A stretch of DNA of 64,000 nt from contig CAVUQB010000005.1 of NCBI GenBank assembly GCA_963743545.1, positions 998,723 through 1,062,722 on the forward strand, read 5' to 3'. Below, piece after piece: positions 33,434 to 42,102 of the stretch (position 1 is the stretch's first letter; each line of letters begins with the position of its first letter). This stretch comes from an uncultured Actinomycetes bacterium (GTDB lineage: Bacteria; Actinomycetota; Thermoleophilia; Gaiellales; Gaiellaceae). The translations under genes and the position numbers were made by a program. Under the pieces are notes generated by a model. That model had not been told where the DNA came from and did no database searches. It worked only from the letters and a program-made list of their open reading frames with translations.

Positions 33434-34165
33434 TCAGAGTTTGGACCTGACCGCTTCGAGGCCGGCGCGCACCCGCTCGGGCTGGTCGGTGAAGACGCCG
33501 TAGTGAATCTCGAACCACGCCGCAAACCGGTGGTAGATCGCGGCCCGGCGGCGCAGGTCGTCGTCCACGTTCCAGTCGGGAAACGGCCCGTTCAACAGCC
33601 AGGAGTAGTCGATTGCGGGGTCGCCGACCCGTGCGTCTCCCCAGTCGATCACGCCGGCGAGCCGGCCGTCCCGGACGAGCAGGTGTGGCGGGCCGAGGTC
33701 GGAGTGCGTGAGAACCGGGTCGAACCCGGTCAGCGTCTCGACCTCGTGGAGGAGTGCGTCTCCGGCCCCGCGTTCGTCGCGGTCAAGCAGCGGCAGCGCG
33801 ACGCGCCGGAACTCGTCGGCCTGCTCGCGGTACGCCTCGAGCCAGTCCGGCCGCGGCGCAGGCACCGAGCCGACCTCGATCGCGTGCAGTGCGTCGAGGA
33901 ATCCGCGCACGCCGGCGGGGTCCTCGTCCACGAGCGGCTCGCCTGCGATGAACCGGTAGACGACGAGCCACGGCTCGCGCGAGACGTACTCGAACTGCGG
34001 CACCTCGACGGGGAGGAGCTGCGCGATCGCGGGCAGGAGCTCGCTCTCCTTCGCGATCTCCTCGACCGCGAGCTCGTGGCGCGGCCACCGCACGACCCAC
34101 TCGTCCTCGACGACGAGCACCTTGAAGTCCCAGCCGTCGTCCCGTTCGACCAGAGGCTGCGGCAT
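33434..34165 (-). CDS. phosphotransferase enzyme family (APH/choline kinase-like) protein
   Basis: LTHSDLGPPHLLVRDGRLAGVIDWGDARVGDPAIDYS (Brenner/HxD and DWG/DxD motifs of the APH fold). Start at ATG 34165. Confidence 0.75.
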   Translation of the reverse strand: MPQPLVERDDGWDFKVLVVEDEWVVRWPRHELAVEEIAKESELLPAIAQLLPVEVPQFEYVSREPWLVVYRFIAGEPLVDEDPAGVRGFLDALHAIEVGSVPAPRPDWLEAYREQADEFRRVALPLLDRDERGAGDALLHEVETLTGFDPVLTHSDLGPPHLLVRDGRLAGVIDWGDARVGDPAIDYSWLLNGPFPDWNVDDDLRRRAAIYHRFAAWFEIHYGVFTDQPERVRAGLEAVRSKL

Positions 34166-34193
34166 CCGGAGGAAGCTACCCTGCGCGCGGGTC

Positions 34194-35924
34194 GTGCCTC
34201 GCAAGCTCCTCATCGCCGCCGCGCTCGCGCTCCTCGTCGCGGCCCTCGCCGCTTCGGCGGCGACCGGACGTTCCGCGCAGCAGTCGGTCACGAGCTCGCT
34301 CCTGCTCCCCGGAGTGACGTACACGCGCGAGGTGGACTTCACGTCGCGCGGCCCGATCGTCCTCGACGTCGTGACGGCGCCGCAGCCGAACGGGCAGCTC
34401 TACTCGCTCGCGCCGGCGCTCTCGAACGACCAGCTGCGCGGGAAGGAGTCGCTCACGCGCCTCGAGAAGCGGGCCGCCGGCAACGCGACGACCGTGGCGA
34501 TCGACGGTGACTACTTCGACAAGACCGGCGCGCCGAGCGGGATGCTCATGCAGAACGGGGTCCTCCAGAGTGCGCCCGTCGGCGGTCGTTCGAGCCTCGG
34601 GATCGGCGCCGATGGCACGCTGACCACCGATCGCGTCTCGTTCGCGGGGATCTGGCAGGGGAACGGCCTGCGGCGGCCGCTGGTCCTGAACTCGCCGACG
34701 GGGAAGTTCTCGCTCTACACGCCGGTCTACGGCTCGGCGACGCCGCAGGAGTCGGGAGTTGTCGAGGCGGTGCTTGGCACGTTCCCGTCGGCCAAGCTCG
34801 ACACGCCGCTCGACGGCACCGTCACGCAGGTGACGAGTGGGCAGACGAAGATACCGCCCGGCGGCGCGGTGCTCGTCGCGCGCGGGACCCAGTCCACCGC
34901 CCAGCTCACCGCGGAGGCGCCGGTCGGGCAGCAGGTCGAGGCCCTGCTCTCGCTCTCGCCGGACTGGAGCGGCCTCGCGAGCGCGATCGGCGGCGGGCCG
35001 CTGCTCGTGAAGAACGGCAAGCCGATCTTCCACGCGGGCGAGTCGTTCCCGTCCGGCCAGCTCAACAACCGGCAGGCACGCGGCGCGATCGGCCAGCTCG
35101 CCGACGGGCGCATCGTGCTCGTCGGCGTCGAGGGCACGAAGCCCTCCTACAGCATCGGCATGTCGAACTACGAGCTTGCCGTCGAGCTCTCCGAGCTCGG
35201 AGCGAGGACCGCGTTCGCGCTCGGCGCAGGCACCGCCTCTGGGCTCGCGTTCGACGGGAAGCTGCTCACGCGGCCCTCGAACGGCGTCACGCCGAAGGTC
35301 TCGGACGCGCTCGTCCTCTCCTACAGCGGCGTCTATGCCACGCCTCCCTCGACCGCTGTGCTCTCGCCGAACGACGACGGCGTCGGCGACAGCGAGACGT
35401 TCTCCTACCGCGTCGCGCGACCTTCGCAAGTCGTCGCGTCGCTGGCGGGTCCCGGCGGCGCGAAGGTCACGCTTGCGAACGGGGCGGAGTCGCCGGGGCT
35501 GCACACGCTTGGCTGGGACGGCACCGTCGCAGGCTCGCCGGCGCCCGAGGGGAAGTGGACGTTCAGCGTTCAGGGGACCGACGACCGCGACGTCGCGAGC
35601 AGCGCGCAGCGGACGTTCTCGCTCGACGACACGCTCTCGTCGCTCGCCGTCATGACCGGCCGCGGCGGGCGCCCGACCGCGACGTTCGAGCTCACGCGCG
35701 CGGCCACCGTCCTCGTGCAGGTCCGGCGGTCGAACGGCGTTCCTGTGGCGACGCTTCGCTCGGGGCCGCGCGCGGCCGGGCCGGAGCACGTGACCTGGCG
35801 CGGCCGGATCGACCGGCACCGGGCGCCGAGCGGCCGCTACCAGGTGGCCGTACAGGCGAAGAGCTCGGTCGGCACCAGTTCGCTCACGGCGCCGTTCTCA
35901 TGGCGCGCTCACGTGCGTCACTAG
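34194..35924 (+). CDS. secreted phosphodiester glycosidase family (DUF2233/NAGPA-like) protein with C-terminal FlgD-Ig-like domains
   Basis: GTG 34194 gives the signal peptide VPRKLLIAAALALLVAALAASAA. AIDGDYFD...GMLMQNGV ... GGGPLLVKNGKPIF ... RGAIGQLADGRIVLV is typical of DUF2233. LSPNDDGVGDSETFSY...LGWDGT is typical of FlgD-Ig. Confidence 0.7.
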   Translation: MPRKLLIAAALALLVAALAASAATGRSAQQSVTSSLLLPGVTYTREVDFTSRGPIVLDVVTAPQPNGQLYSLAPALSNDQLRGKESLTRLEKRAAGNATTVAIDGDYFDKTGAPSGMLMQNGVLQSAPVGGRSSLGIGADGTLTTDRVSFAGIWQGNGLRRPLVLNSPTGKFSLYTPVYGSATPQESGVVEAVLGTFPSAKLDTPLDGTVTQVTSGQTKIPPGGAVLVARGTQSTAQLTAEAPVGQQVEALLSLSPDWSGLASAIGGGPLLVKNGKPIFHAGESFPSGQLNNRQARGAIGQLADGRIVLVGVEGTKPSYSIGMSNYELAVELSELGARTAFALGAGTASGLAFDGKLLTRPSNGVTPKVSDALVLSYSGVYATPPSTAVLSPNDDGVGDSETFSYRVARPSQVVASLAGPGGAKVTLANGAESPGLHTLGWDGTVAGSPAPEGKWTFSVQGTDDRDVASSAQRTFSLDDTLSSLAVMTGRGGRPTATFELTRAATVLVQVRRSNGVPVATLRSGPRAAGPEHVTWRGRIDRHRAPSGRYQVAVQAKSSVGTSSLTAPFSWRAHVRH

Positions 35925-35934
35925 ACTCGCCCGA

Positions 35935-36618
35935 ATGCTCCTGGCGAGCGTCTCGTCGAGCTTCACCTCCGCGGTCGCGAATCACGGCGTCTATGCCGTG
36001 TTCGGCCTACTCGCGCTCGGCGCGCTGCTTCCGATCGGGAGCGAGCTCGTCGCGCTCGTCGGCGGCGCTGTCGCCGCGGGCGTCCTCGCGGGATCGAACG
36101 GCGTCTCGGTCTTCGGCATCCACTTCGGCTCGGGCGCCGGCGCGTACCTCGCGATCGCGCTGGCGGCGACGGTCGGCTACCTCCTGGGCTGTCTCGTCGG
36201 CTGGCTGATCGGACGCTGGGGAGGCCGCGAGCTGCTCGAGCGGCACGGGCGCTGGTTCCACGTCACGCCGGAGCGGCTCGACCGGGCCGACGCGTGGTTC
36301 CGGCGCTGGGGGCGGCCAGGTGTCCTGATCGGGACGCTGTTGCCCGTCGTCCGCTCGTTCGTCGCGATCCCGGCCGGGCTGTTCGAGATGCCGCTGCTCC
36401 AGTTCCTCGGCCTCGCCCTCATCGGCTCGGCCGTGTGGTCGTTCGTGTTCGTCGGCATCGGCTACGGCCTCGGTGCGAGCTACAACAGCTTCGAGCACGG
36501 ATTCCGCTACGTCGAGGTCGCGATCGTCGCCGCGATCGTCGTCGGGGCGGCGTATTTGGTCTATCGCAGGAGGGCTGCGGCTAGAGTTGCCACGCGTGCA
36601 GACGATTCCTCTCGTTGA
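35935..36618 (+). CDS. DedA family membrane protein
   Basis: 227 aa. RWGRPGVLIGTLLPVVRSFVAIPAGLFEMPLLQFL is the SNARE-associated/VTT motif. Confidence 0.8.
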   Translation: MLLASVSSSFTSAVANHGVYAVFGLLALGALLPIGSELVALVGGAVAAGVLAGSNGVSVFGIHFGSGAGAYLAIALAATVGYLLGCLVGWLIGRWGGRELLERHGRWFHVTPERLDRADAWFRRWGRPGVLIGTLLPVVRSFVAIPAGLFEMPLLQFLGLALIGSAVWSFVFVGIGYGLGASYNSFEHGFRYVEVAIVAAIVVGAAYLVYRRRAAARVATRADDSSR

Positions 36619-37678
36619 CGTTCGAGCCGAATACGAGCCGCTGATCCCCCGGCTCGAGGCCGCCTTCCGCGAGGTGCTCGACGGCAAGGCGTTCATCCGC
36701 GGCCAGAACTACTGGGCGTTCCAGGAAGAGGCCGCCGCGTACCTCGGCGTGAAGCGGACGATCGGCGTCGCCAACGGCACCGATGCCCTCGTGCTCGCGC
36801 TCGAGGCGCTCGGCGTCGGCCCGGGCGACGAGGTGATCTGTCCCGCCTTCACCTTCTACGCGACGGCCGAGTCGGTCGTGCGGCGCGGCGCGACGCCGGT
36901 CTTCGCCGAGATCGATCCCGTCACGCTCAACCTCGACCTCGAGGACGCCGCCGCGAAGGTCACCGACCGGACGCGCGCGATCATCCCCGTGCATCTGTTC
37001 GGGCGGATGCTGGACGTGCGGCCGCTGGTCGAGCTCGGCGTCCCCGTGCTCGAGGACGCGGCGCAGGCCTTCGGCGCGCCGGAAGTCGCGCAGCACGGGG
37101 CGATCTCGACGTTCAGCTTCTATCCGACGAAGAACCTCTTCTGCCTCGGCGACGGCGGGCTCGTGGCGACCAACGACGACGACCTCGCGGAGCGCGTGAA
37201 GCTCCTCTCCTTCCACGGCTCGAAGGACAAACAGGACTTCGACCTCGTCGGCTACAACTCGCGGCTCGACGAGCTGCAGGCCGCGTTCTTGCGCATCTTC
37301 CTGCCGGAGCTCGCGGGCTGGAACGAGGGGCGCCGCGCCGCCGCTGCGCGCTACGCCGAGCTCGGCCTCGGCGAGCTCGTCGAGATCCCGCAGGACGAGC
37401 CGGGCCACGTCTACCACCTCTTCGTCTGCCGCTCGCGCGAGCGCGACGCGATCCGGGCCGCGCTCACCGAGGCGGGCATCGCGTCGGCCACCTACTACAC
37501 GACCGCGCTCCACCTGCAGCCGTCGCTCCGCTTCCTTGGCTACGAGCCGGGCTCGCTGCCGGTGACCGAGCAGGCGGGGGCGGAGAACTTCTCGCTGCCG
37601 CTCTGGCCCGGGATTCCCGCCGAGGCGCAGGAGCGCGTCGTCGACGTCGTCCGCTCGGCCGTCCCCTCCCGCGTCTGA
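36596..37678 (+). CDS. DegT/DnrJ/EryC1/StrS family sugar aminotransferase (PglE-like)
   Basis: IPLVDVRAEYEPL...FIRGQNYWAFQEE.A.YLGVK..IGVANGTDALVLAL ... FYPTKNL.CLGDGG. Start at GTG 36596 (TTG 36587 is also possible). Confidence 0.85.
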   Translation: MQTIPLVDVRAEYEPLIPRLEAAFREVLDGKAFIRGQNYWAFQEEAAAYLGVKRTIGVANGTDALVLALEALGVGPGDEVICPAFTFYATAESVVRRGATPVFAEIDPVTLNLDLEDAAAKVTDRTRAIIPVHLFGRMLDVRPLVELGVPVLEDAAQAFGAPEVAQHGAISTFSFYPTKNLFCLGDGGLVATNDDDLAERVKLLSFHGSKDKQDFDLVGYNSRLDELQAAFLRIFLPELAGWNEGRRAAAARYAELGLGELVEIPQDEPGHVYHLFVCRSRERDAIRAALTEAGIASATYYTTALHLQPSLRFLGYEPGSLPVTEQAGAENFSLPLWPGIPAEAQERVVDVVRSAVPSRV

Positions 37679-39627
37679 TGCGCCACCTTCTCTCCCCGCA
37701 CCGGCTCTGGCAGCTCGCCGTCGACGCGCTGATCGTCGCGTTCTCGTGGTGGGCTGCGTTCGAGCTGCGCTTCGATCACGGGCTGCCGCCGAAGTACCAG
37801 CTGCTGTTCAACCGCACGATCCTCGTCGTCGTCGGGATCAAGCTGATCGTCTTCATCGCCTTCGGCTTCTACAACCGCTGGTGGCGGTACGTCTCGATCC
37901 GGGACATGTGGGCGACGGCCCGCGGCGTCGTCGTCGCGTGCATCGTCGCCGACCTGACCGTCTACCTCGCGGCACCCGTGCACGGCTTCCGCCTGCCGCG
38001 GTCGATCGCCGCCACCGACCTGCTGCTCACGCTCGCGCTCATCATGGGCTCGCGCCTCCTCGCGCGCACTGCGATGGAGCGGCCCGGACGCTTCACGATG
38101 GTCGCCCGCGGCAAGGAGGTCGTCGTGGTGGGCGCCGGCGACGCGGGCCGCCTGATCGTGCAGGAGATGCAGCGCTCGCGGATGCTCAACTACACGCCGA
38201 TCGGGTTCGTGGACGACGACCCGCGCAAGCGGCACACGCGGATCATGGGCGTGCGGGTGCTGGGCACGATCGACGAGCTGCCGCGCGTGCTGCGCGAGCA
38301 CCGTCCCGACGAGGTGCTGATTGCGATGCCGTCCGTATCGGGCGACGTGCGCCGGCGGATCGTCGAGACAGCGCAGCAGTTGCGGATCGTGGTCAAGACG
38401 CTGCCTGGCCTCTACGAGCTGATCTCGGGGGACCTCGGGCTCGCGGGGCAGATCCGTCCCGTCCAGGTCGAGGACGTGCTCGGCCGGGAACAGGTCGAGG
38501 TCGACTTCCACGAGGTCGCTGCGTACCTCGAGGGCCACACCGTGCTCGTGACCGGCGCCGGCGGATCGATCGGCTCGGAGCTCTGCCGCCAGATCGCGCG
38601 CGTCCGGCCGACGCGGCTGATCCTCGTCGACAACGCCGAAGGGCCGCTGTTCGAGATCGAGCGCGAGCTCGTCAGCGAGCGCGACTTCACCGCCGCGCTG
38701 CCAAAGCTGATCGACGTCAAGGACCGGAAGGCGATGCGGCGCGAGGTGTTCGAGAAGTACCAGCCGACGGTCGTGTTCCACGCCGCGGCGTACAAGCACG
38801 TCGCGATGCTCGAGACGCATCCGCTCGAGTCGGTGCGCAACAACGTCGTCGGCACGCGGATCCTCGTCGAGCTCGCAGCCGAGTTCGGAGTCGAGCGCTT
38901 CGTCTTCATCTCGACGGACAAGGCCGTCAACCCGAAGACGGTGATGGGCCAGTCGAAGGCGCTCTGCGAGTGGATCGTCGAGTCGTTCGGGCACCGACGC
39001 GACGTCTCGACCCGCTTCGTCGCGGTGCGCTTCGGCAACGTCCTCAACTCGTCGGGCAGCGTGATCCCGATCTTCCGCAAGCAGATCGAGAAGGGCGGGC
39101 CGGTGACGGTGACGCATCCCGAGATGACGCGCTACTTCATGACGATCCCGGAGGCCGTCTCGCTCGTCGTGCAGGCGGGCGCGATCGGCGGCCGCGGCCA
39201 GGTGTTCGTGCTCGACATGGGCGAGCCGGTGCGGATCGTCGACCTCGCGCAGAACATGATCCGCCTCTCGGGCAAGGAGCCGCGCCTGCCGGACGACCCG
39301 ACCACAGGCCCGCGCGACGTGCGGATCGCGTTCACCGGCTCGCGGCCGGGCGAGAAGATCCACGAGGAGCTCTGGAGCGCCGACGACTCGGTCGGCGAGA
39401 CCGCGCACCCGAAGATCTTGCGGCTGAGCCGGCCGCCGGTCGATCCCGACTGGCTCGCTGCGCAGCTCGCCGAGCTCGAGCACCTCGCCGACGAGGGAGA
39501 CACGCTCGAGGTCGTCGGGAAGCTGCGGAACATCGTGGCCAAGCCGCAACGCGTCGAGCGGCCGAACCTCTCGGACACGGGCAGCTACGTGCTCGAGCTC
39601 GAGCCGCACGCCGACACGAATCCCTGA
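37678..39627 (+). CDS. membrane-bound polysaccharide biosynthesis protein CapD / UDP-sugar 4,6-dehydratase (PglF/WbpM-like)
   Basis: 649 aa with N-terminal TM helices, then VVVVGAGDAG and VLVTGAGGSIGSELCRQI Rossmann motifs, STDKAVNP and RFGNVL.S.GSV. Confidence 0.88.
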   Translation: MRHLLSPHRLWQLAVDALIVAFSWWAAFELRFDHGLPPKYQLLFNRTILVVVGIKLIVFIAFGFYNRWWRYVSIRDMWATARGVVVACIVADLTVYLAAPVHGFRLPRSIAATDLLLTLALIMGSRLLARTAMERPGRFTMVARGKEVVVVGAGDAGRLIVQEMQRSRMLNYTPIGFVDDDPRKRHTRIMGVRVLGTIDELPRVLREHRPDEVLIAMPSVSGDVRRRIVETAQQLRIVVKTLPGLYELISGDLGLAGQIRPVQVEDVLGREQVEVDFHEVAAYLEGHTVLVTGAGGSIGSELCRQIARVRPTRLILVDNAEGPLFEIERELVSERDFTAALPKLIDVKDRKAMRREVFEKYQPTVVFHAAAYKHVAMLETHPLESVRNNVVGTRILVELAAEFGVERFVFISTDKAVNPKTVMGQSKALCEWIVESFGHRRDVSTRFVAVRFGNVLNSSGSVIPIFRKQIEKGGPVTVTHPEMTRYFMTIPEAVSLVVQAGAIGGRGQVFVLDMGEPVRIVDLAQNMIRLSGKEPRLPDDPTTGPRDVRIAFTGSRPGEKIHEELWSADDSVGETAHPKILRLSRPPVDPDWLAAQLAELEHLADEGDTLEVVGKLRNIVAKPQRVERPNLSDTGSYVLELEPHADTNP

Positions 39628-39674
39628 CCTTCGCGTGACGGTCCCCGGCCGGTCGCATCGTTAGCCTCGGCGGC

Positions 39675-41501
39675 CTGGATACGGACCGGATCCTCGAAGG
39701 GCTGAACCCCGAGCAGCGCGCTGCCGTCGAGACGCCGCGCGGGCCGCTGTGCATCCTCGCAGGCGCGGGGACCGGCAAGACGACGACGATCACGCACCGA
39801 ATCGCGTGGCAGGTCGCGAGCGGCGCCTTCCCGCCGCAGCAGATCGTGGCGGTGACGTTCACCGGCAAGGCGGCGGGAGAGCTCGGTGCGCGGCTACGCG
39901 CGCTCGGCGTCGACGGCGTGCGCGCCTCGACGTTCCACTCGGCGGCGCTCGCGCTGCTCCGCCACTTCGAGGGAGATCCGGGCCGGATCCTCGCCACGAA
40001 GACGCTGCTGCTGCGTCGCATCGGCAACGGGCTCCCGGGCGCGTTCCGCTTCCGTCCCGCCGGCGATCTCGCCACCGAGATCGAGTGGGCGAAGAATCGG
40101 CGCCTCACGCCCGACACGTACTACGACCGGCTGGGTGACCACGACCCGCCGATCCCGTCCGACCTCATGCTGCGGGTGTTCCGCGAATACGAACGGCGCA
40201 AGGCCGCCGAGGGACAGCTCGACTTCGAGGACCTGCTCGAGCGCACGGCGCGCCTACTGGAGACCGACGATGCGGCGCGTGCGGCCGTGCGCGACCGCTG
40301 GCGCGCCTTCACCGTCGACGAGTACCAGGACGTCAACCTCCTCCAGCAGTCGCTGCTCGACCTCTGGCTCGGAGACCGCGACGACCTCTGCGCGGTCGGT
40401 GACGACTACCAGGCGATCTACGGGTTCACGGGCGCGAGCGCCGGGTGGCTGCTCGCGCTGCCGGAGCGCTTCCCGCACGCGCGCGTCGTGCGGCTGGAGC
40501 GGAACTACCGCTCGACGGCGAAGGTGATCGAACTGGCTAATCGTCTCGTGCCGCGGCTCGGCGGCTCGACGAAGACGCTCGCACCGACGATCCCGGACGG
40601 CCCCGAGCCGCTGGTCGGGCCGGGGCTGAGAGTCGTCGAGCACGTGCGGCGGTTGCACGCCGACGGGCTGCCGCTCGAGCAGATGGCCGTGTTGGTACGC
40701 ACGAACGCGCGCACGAGCGAGTTCGAGGAGGCGTTTCACGAGGCGGGAGTCCCGTTCCAGGGCGCGTCGCTGCTGGCGCGCGACGCGGCGCGGCAGCTGC
40801 TGAAGGCGCTGCGCGGCCGGCAGGGGCCCGCGGCCGAGATCGTGCGCGACCTCGCCGTCGCTCAGGGGCTCCTCACGGAGGTGCCGGAGAAGCTCGGCGA
40901 GCGCGAGCAGACGCGGCAGGCCGACCTGGCGCGGCTCGTGCGGCTCGCGGCGGAGTTCGACGTCGAGGTCGACGGCTTCGTCGAGCTGCTCCACGAGCGC
41001 TTCGGCGAGAGCGCCGGCCGCGGCGTGCACCTGCTGACACTCCATCGGGCGAAGGGGCTCGAGTGGGACGCCGTCTTCCTGCCGCGCGTCGAGGAGGGCG
41101 AGCTGCCCGTGCGGCGTGGCGACGTCGCCGAGGAGCGGCGCCTGTTCTACGTCGGATTGACGCGCGCGAAGCGGCATCTGCTCGTGACGTGGGACGGCAA
41201 GCCGAGCCGGTTCCTCGACGAGCTCGGCGTGCGCGCGGCGGCGCCGTCGCTCCCGAAATCGGCGAAGACCACCCTGCCGCAGACGCCCGCAGTCCAAGCT
41301 CTGCGGGAGTGGCGGCGCGCGCGGGCGCGTGCGGACGAGGTGCCGGCGTACGTCGTCTTCAACGACCGGACCCTCGCGGAGCTCGTGGCCCGGACGCCGC
41401 GCACGCTCGCAGAGCTGGCGACGGTCCCGGGGATCGGGCCGGCGAAGCTCGAACGCTACGGCCCCGAGCTGCTCGCCCAACTCGCAGCCGTCGCGGCCTG
41501 A
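39675..41501 (+). CDS. UvrD/PcrA-family DNA helicase with a C-terminal HRDC domain (UvrD2-like)
   Basis: (L)DTDRILEGLNPEQRAAVETPRGPLCILAGAGTGKTTTITHRIAW lies upstream of the track start (39846) in the same frame. DEYQD, and a C-terminal AYVVFNDRTLAELVARTPRTLAELATVPGIGPAKLERYG (HRDC). No ATG/GTG/TTG lies between the in-frame stop at 39636 and 39846. CTG at 39675 fits the family N-terminus. Confidence 0.8.
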   Translation: MDTDRILEGLNPEQRAAVETPRGPLCILAGAGTGKTTTITHRIAWQVASGAFPPQQIVAVTFTGKAAGELGARLRALGVDGVRASTFHSAALALLRHFEGDPGRILATKTLLLRRIGNGLPGAFRFRPAGDLATEIEWAKNRRLTPDTYYDRLGDHDPPIPSDLMLRVFREYERRKAAEGQLDFEDLLERTARLLETDDAARAAVRDRWRAFTVDEYQDVNLLQQSLLDLWLGDRDDLCAVGDDYQAIYGFTGASAGWLLALPERFPHARVVRLERNYRSTAKVIELANRLVPRLGGSTKTLAPTIPDGPEPLVGPGLRVVEHVRRLHADGLPLEQMAVLVRTNARTSEFEEAFHEAGVPFQGASLLARDAARQLLKALRGRQGPAAEIVRDLAVAQGLLTEVPEKLGEREQTRQADLARLVRLAAEFDVEVDGFVELLHERFGESAGRGVHLLTLHRAKGLEWDAVFLPRVEEGELPVRRGDVAEERRLFYVGLTRAKRHLLVTWDGKPSRFLDELGVRAAAPSLPKSAKTTLPQTPAVQALREWRRARARADEVPAYVVFNDRTLAELVARTPRTLAELATVPGIGPAKLERYGPELLAQLAAVAA

Positions 41502-41522
41502 GCCTCTGTTCCGCCGGGCGGC

Positions 41523-41542
41523 AGCACTCTCGCCTGGGCCAG
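41523..41542. repeat. left copy of an about 20-bp inverted repeat (agcactctcgcctgggccag)
   Basis: The reverse complement of 42021-42042 is agtactctcgcctgATgggcca (1 mismatch and a 2-nt indel). A third, direct partial copy (ctctcgcctggcc) lies at 42061-42073. Confidence 0.7.
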
Positions 41543-41574
41543 TGTTCCGGAATGACCCCTGAGGTCAGGGCGGT

Positions 41575-41784
41575 TCAGGAGTTCGAGATGGCTGCGGCGA
41601 CCACTCGACGAGTTCGAGCGCAGAAGACGGACTCTGATTCGTGCGTGTCGCCCGGCCCGCCGAAGCACCGGTAGCGGTGTCCGTCGACGCGGCATGGCCC
41701 GAAGGTGAGGCAAGAGTGCGTCGTGATGGCGGTCAACATGACGCGACGGGCAGCTGTGCATGACATTCCGTTGGCGACTGTCAC
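41575..41784 (-). CDS. possible small Cys-containing protein (69 aa), translationally coupled to the upstream lipoprotein ORF
   Basis: GTG at 41784-41782 overlaps the TGA (41783-41781) of the lipoprotein ORF (GTGA). Reads VTVANGMSCTAARRVMLTAITTHSCLTFGPCRVDGHRYRCFGGPGDTHESESVFCARTRRVVAAAISNS. Third-position GC is fairly high. No recognisable family. Confidence 0.3.
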   Translation of the reverse strand: MTVANGMSCTAARRVMLTAITTHSCLTFGPCRVDGHRYRCFGGPGDTHESESVFCARTRRVVAAAISNS

Positions 41785-41996
41785 TCGCCTTCGATGCCGA
41801 CGTTGAGGTACCCGCATTTCGGCTTCCCGGTGGACGGGATCAGGTAGATGGCGGGGCCAGTCTTGGTGTTGCTGGTCGCCTTGGCGGGCTTCCCGGTCAA
41901 TGGATTCACATAGATGGCTTGGCTCGTCGTGGTCTTGCTCCCTGTCTCGGCGTGACGGCCTGAGCCACAGCCGAGCACGGCTACGGCGGTGGCCAT
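41781..41996 (-). CDS. possible small lipoprotein (71 aa) with an internal duplicated motif
   Basis: MATAVAVLGCGSG (a lipobox-like LGC, but the signal is very short unless an upstream non-canonical start is used). IYVNPLTGKPAKAT and IYLIPSTGKPKCG are internal repeats. Sits in a lower-GC islet. Confidence 0.4.
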   Translation of the reverse strand: MATAVAVLGCGSGRHAETGSKTTTSQAIYVNPLTGKPAKATSNTKTGPAIYLIPSTGKPKCGYLNVGIEGE

Positions 41997-42020
41997 CGCA
42001 AGACCGGTGAGGGCAACACG

Positions 42021-42042
42021 TGGCCCATCAGGCGAGAGTACT
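42021..42042. repeat. right copy of the about 20-bp inverted repeat
   Basis: tggcccatcaggcgagagtact. See the 41523-41542 entry. Confidence 0.7.
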
Positions 42043-42070
42043 CCCGGCCGGGCCAGCGTCCTCTCGCCTG
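42029..42070 (-). terminator. hairpin 33 nt downstream of the DUF354 gene (10-bp perfect stem, 22-nt loop)
   Basis: caggcgagag ... ctctcgcctg are exact reverse complements. No U-tract follows. The long loop makes this a weak terminator call. Confidence 0.3.
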
Positions 42071-42102
42071 GCCTCGGCTGGTCTCCGACCGCCTGAGATA
42101 GG

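Noticed and set aside
37540-39638. 689-aa minus-strand ORF and a 630-aa plus-strand alternative-frame ORF over the CapD gene
   Set aside because: CapD/PglF motifs (two Rossmann GxGxxG, STDKAVNP) identify the 37678..39627 frame. The other two are Arg/Asp-rich shadows.
41523-42073. Interpreting the repeat-flanked islet as an integron cassette or an IS element
   Set aside because: No integrase or transposase is present, and there are no attC-like core sites (GTTRRRY). The repeats are only about 20 bp. It is kept as a lower-confidence finding rather than called a mobile element.
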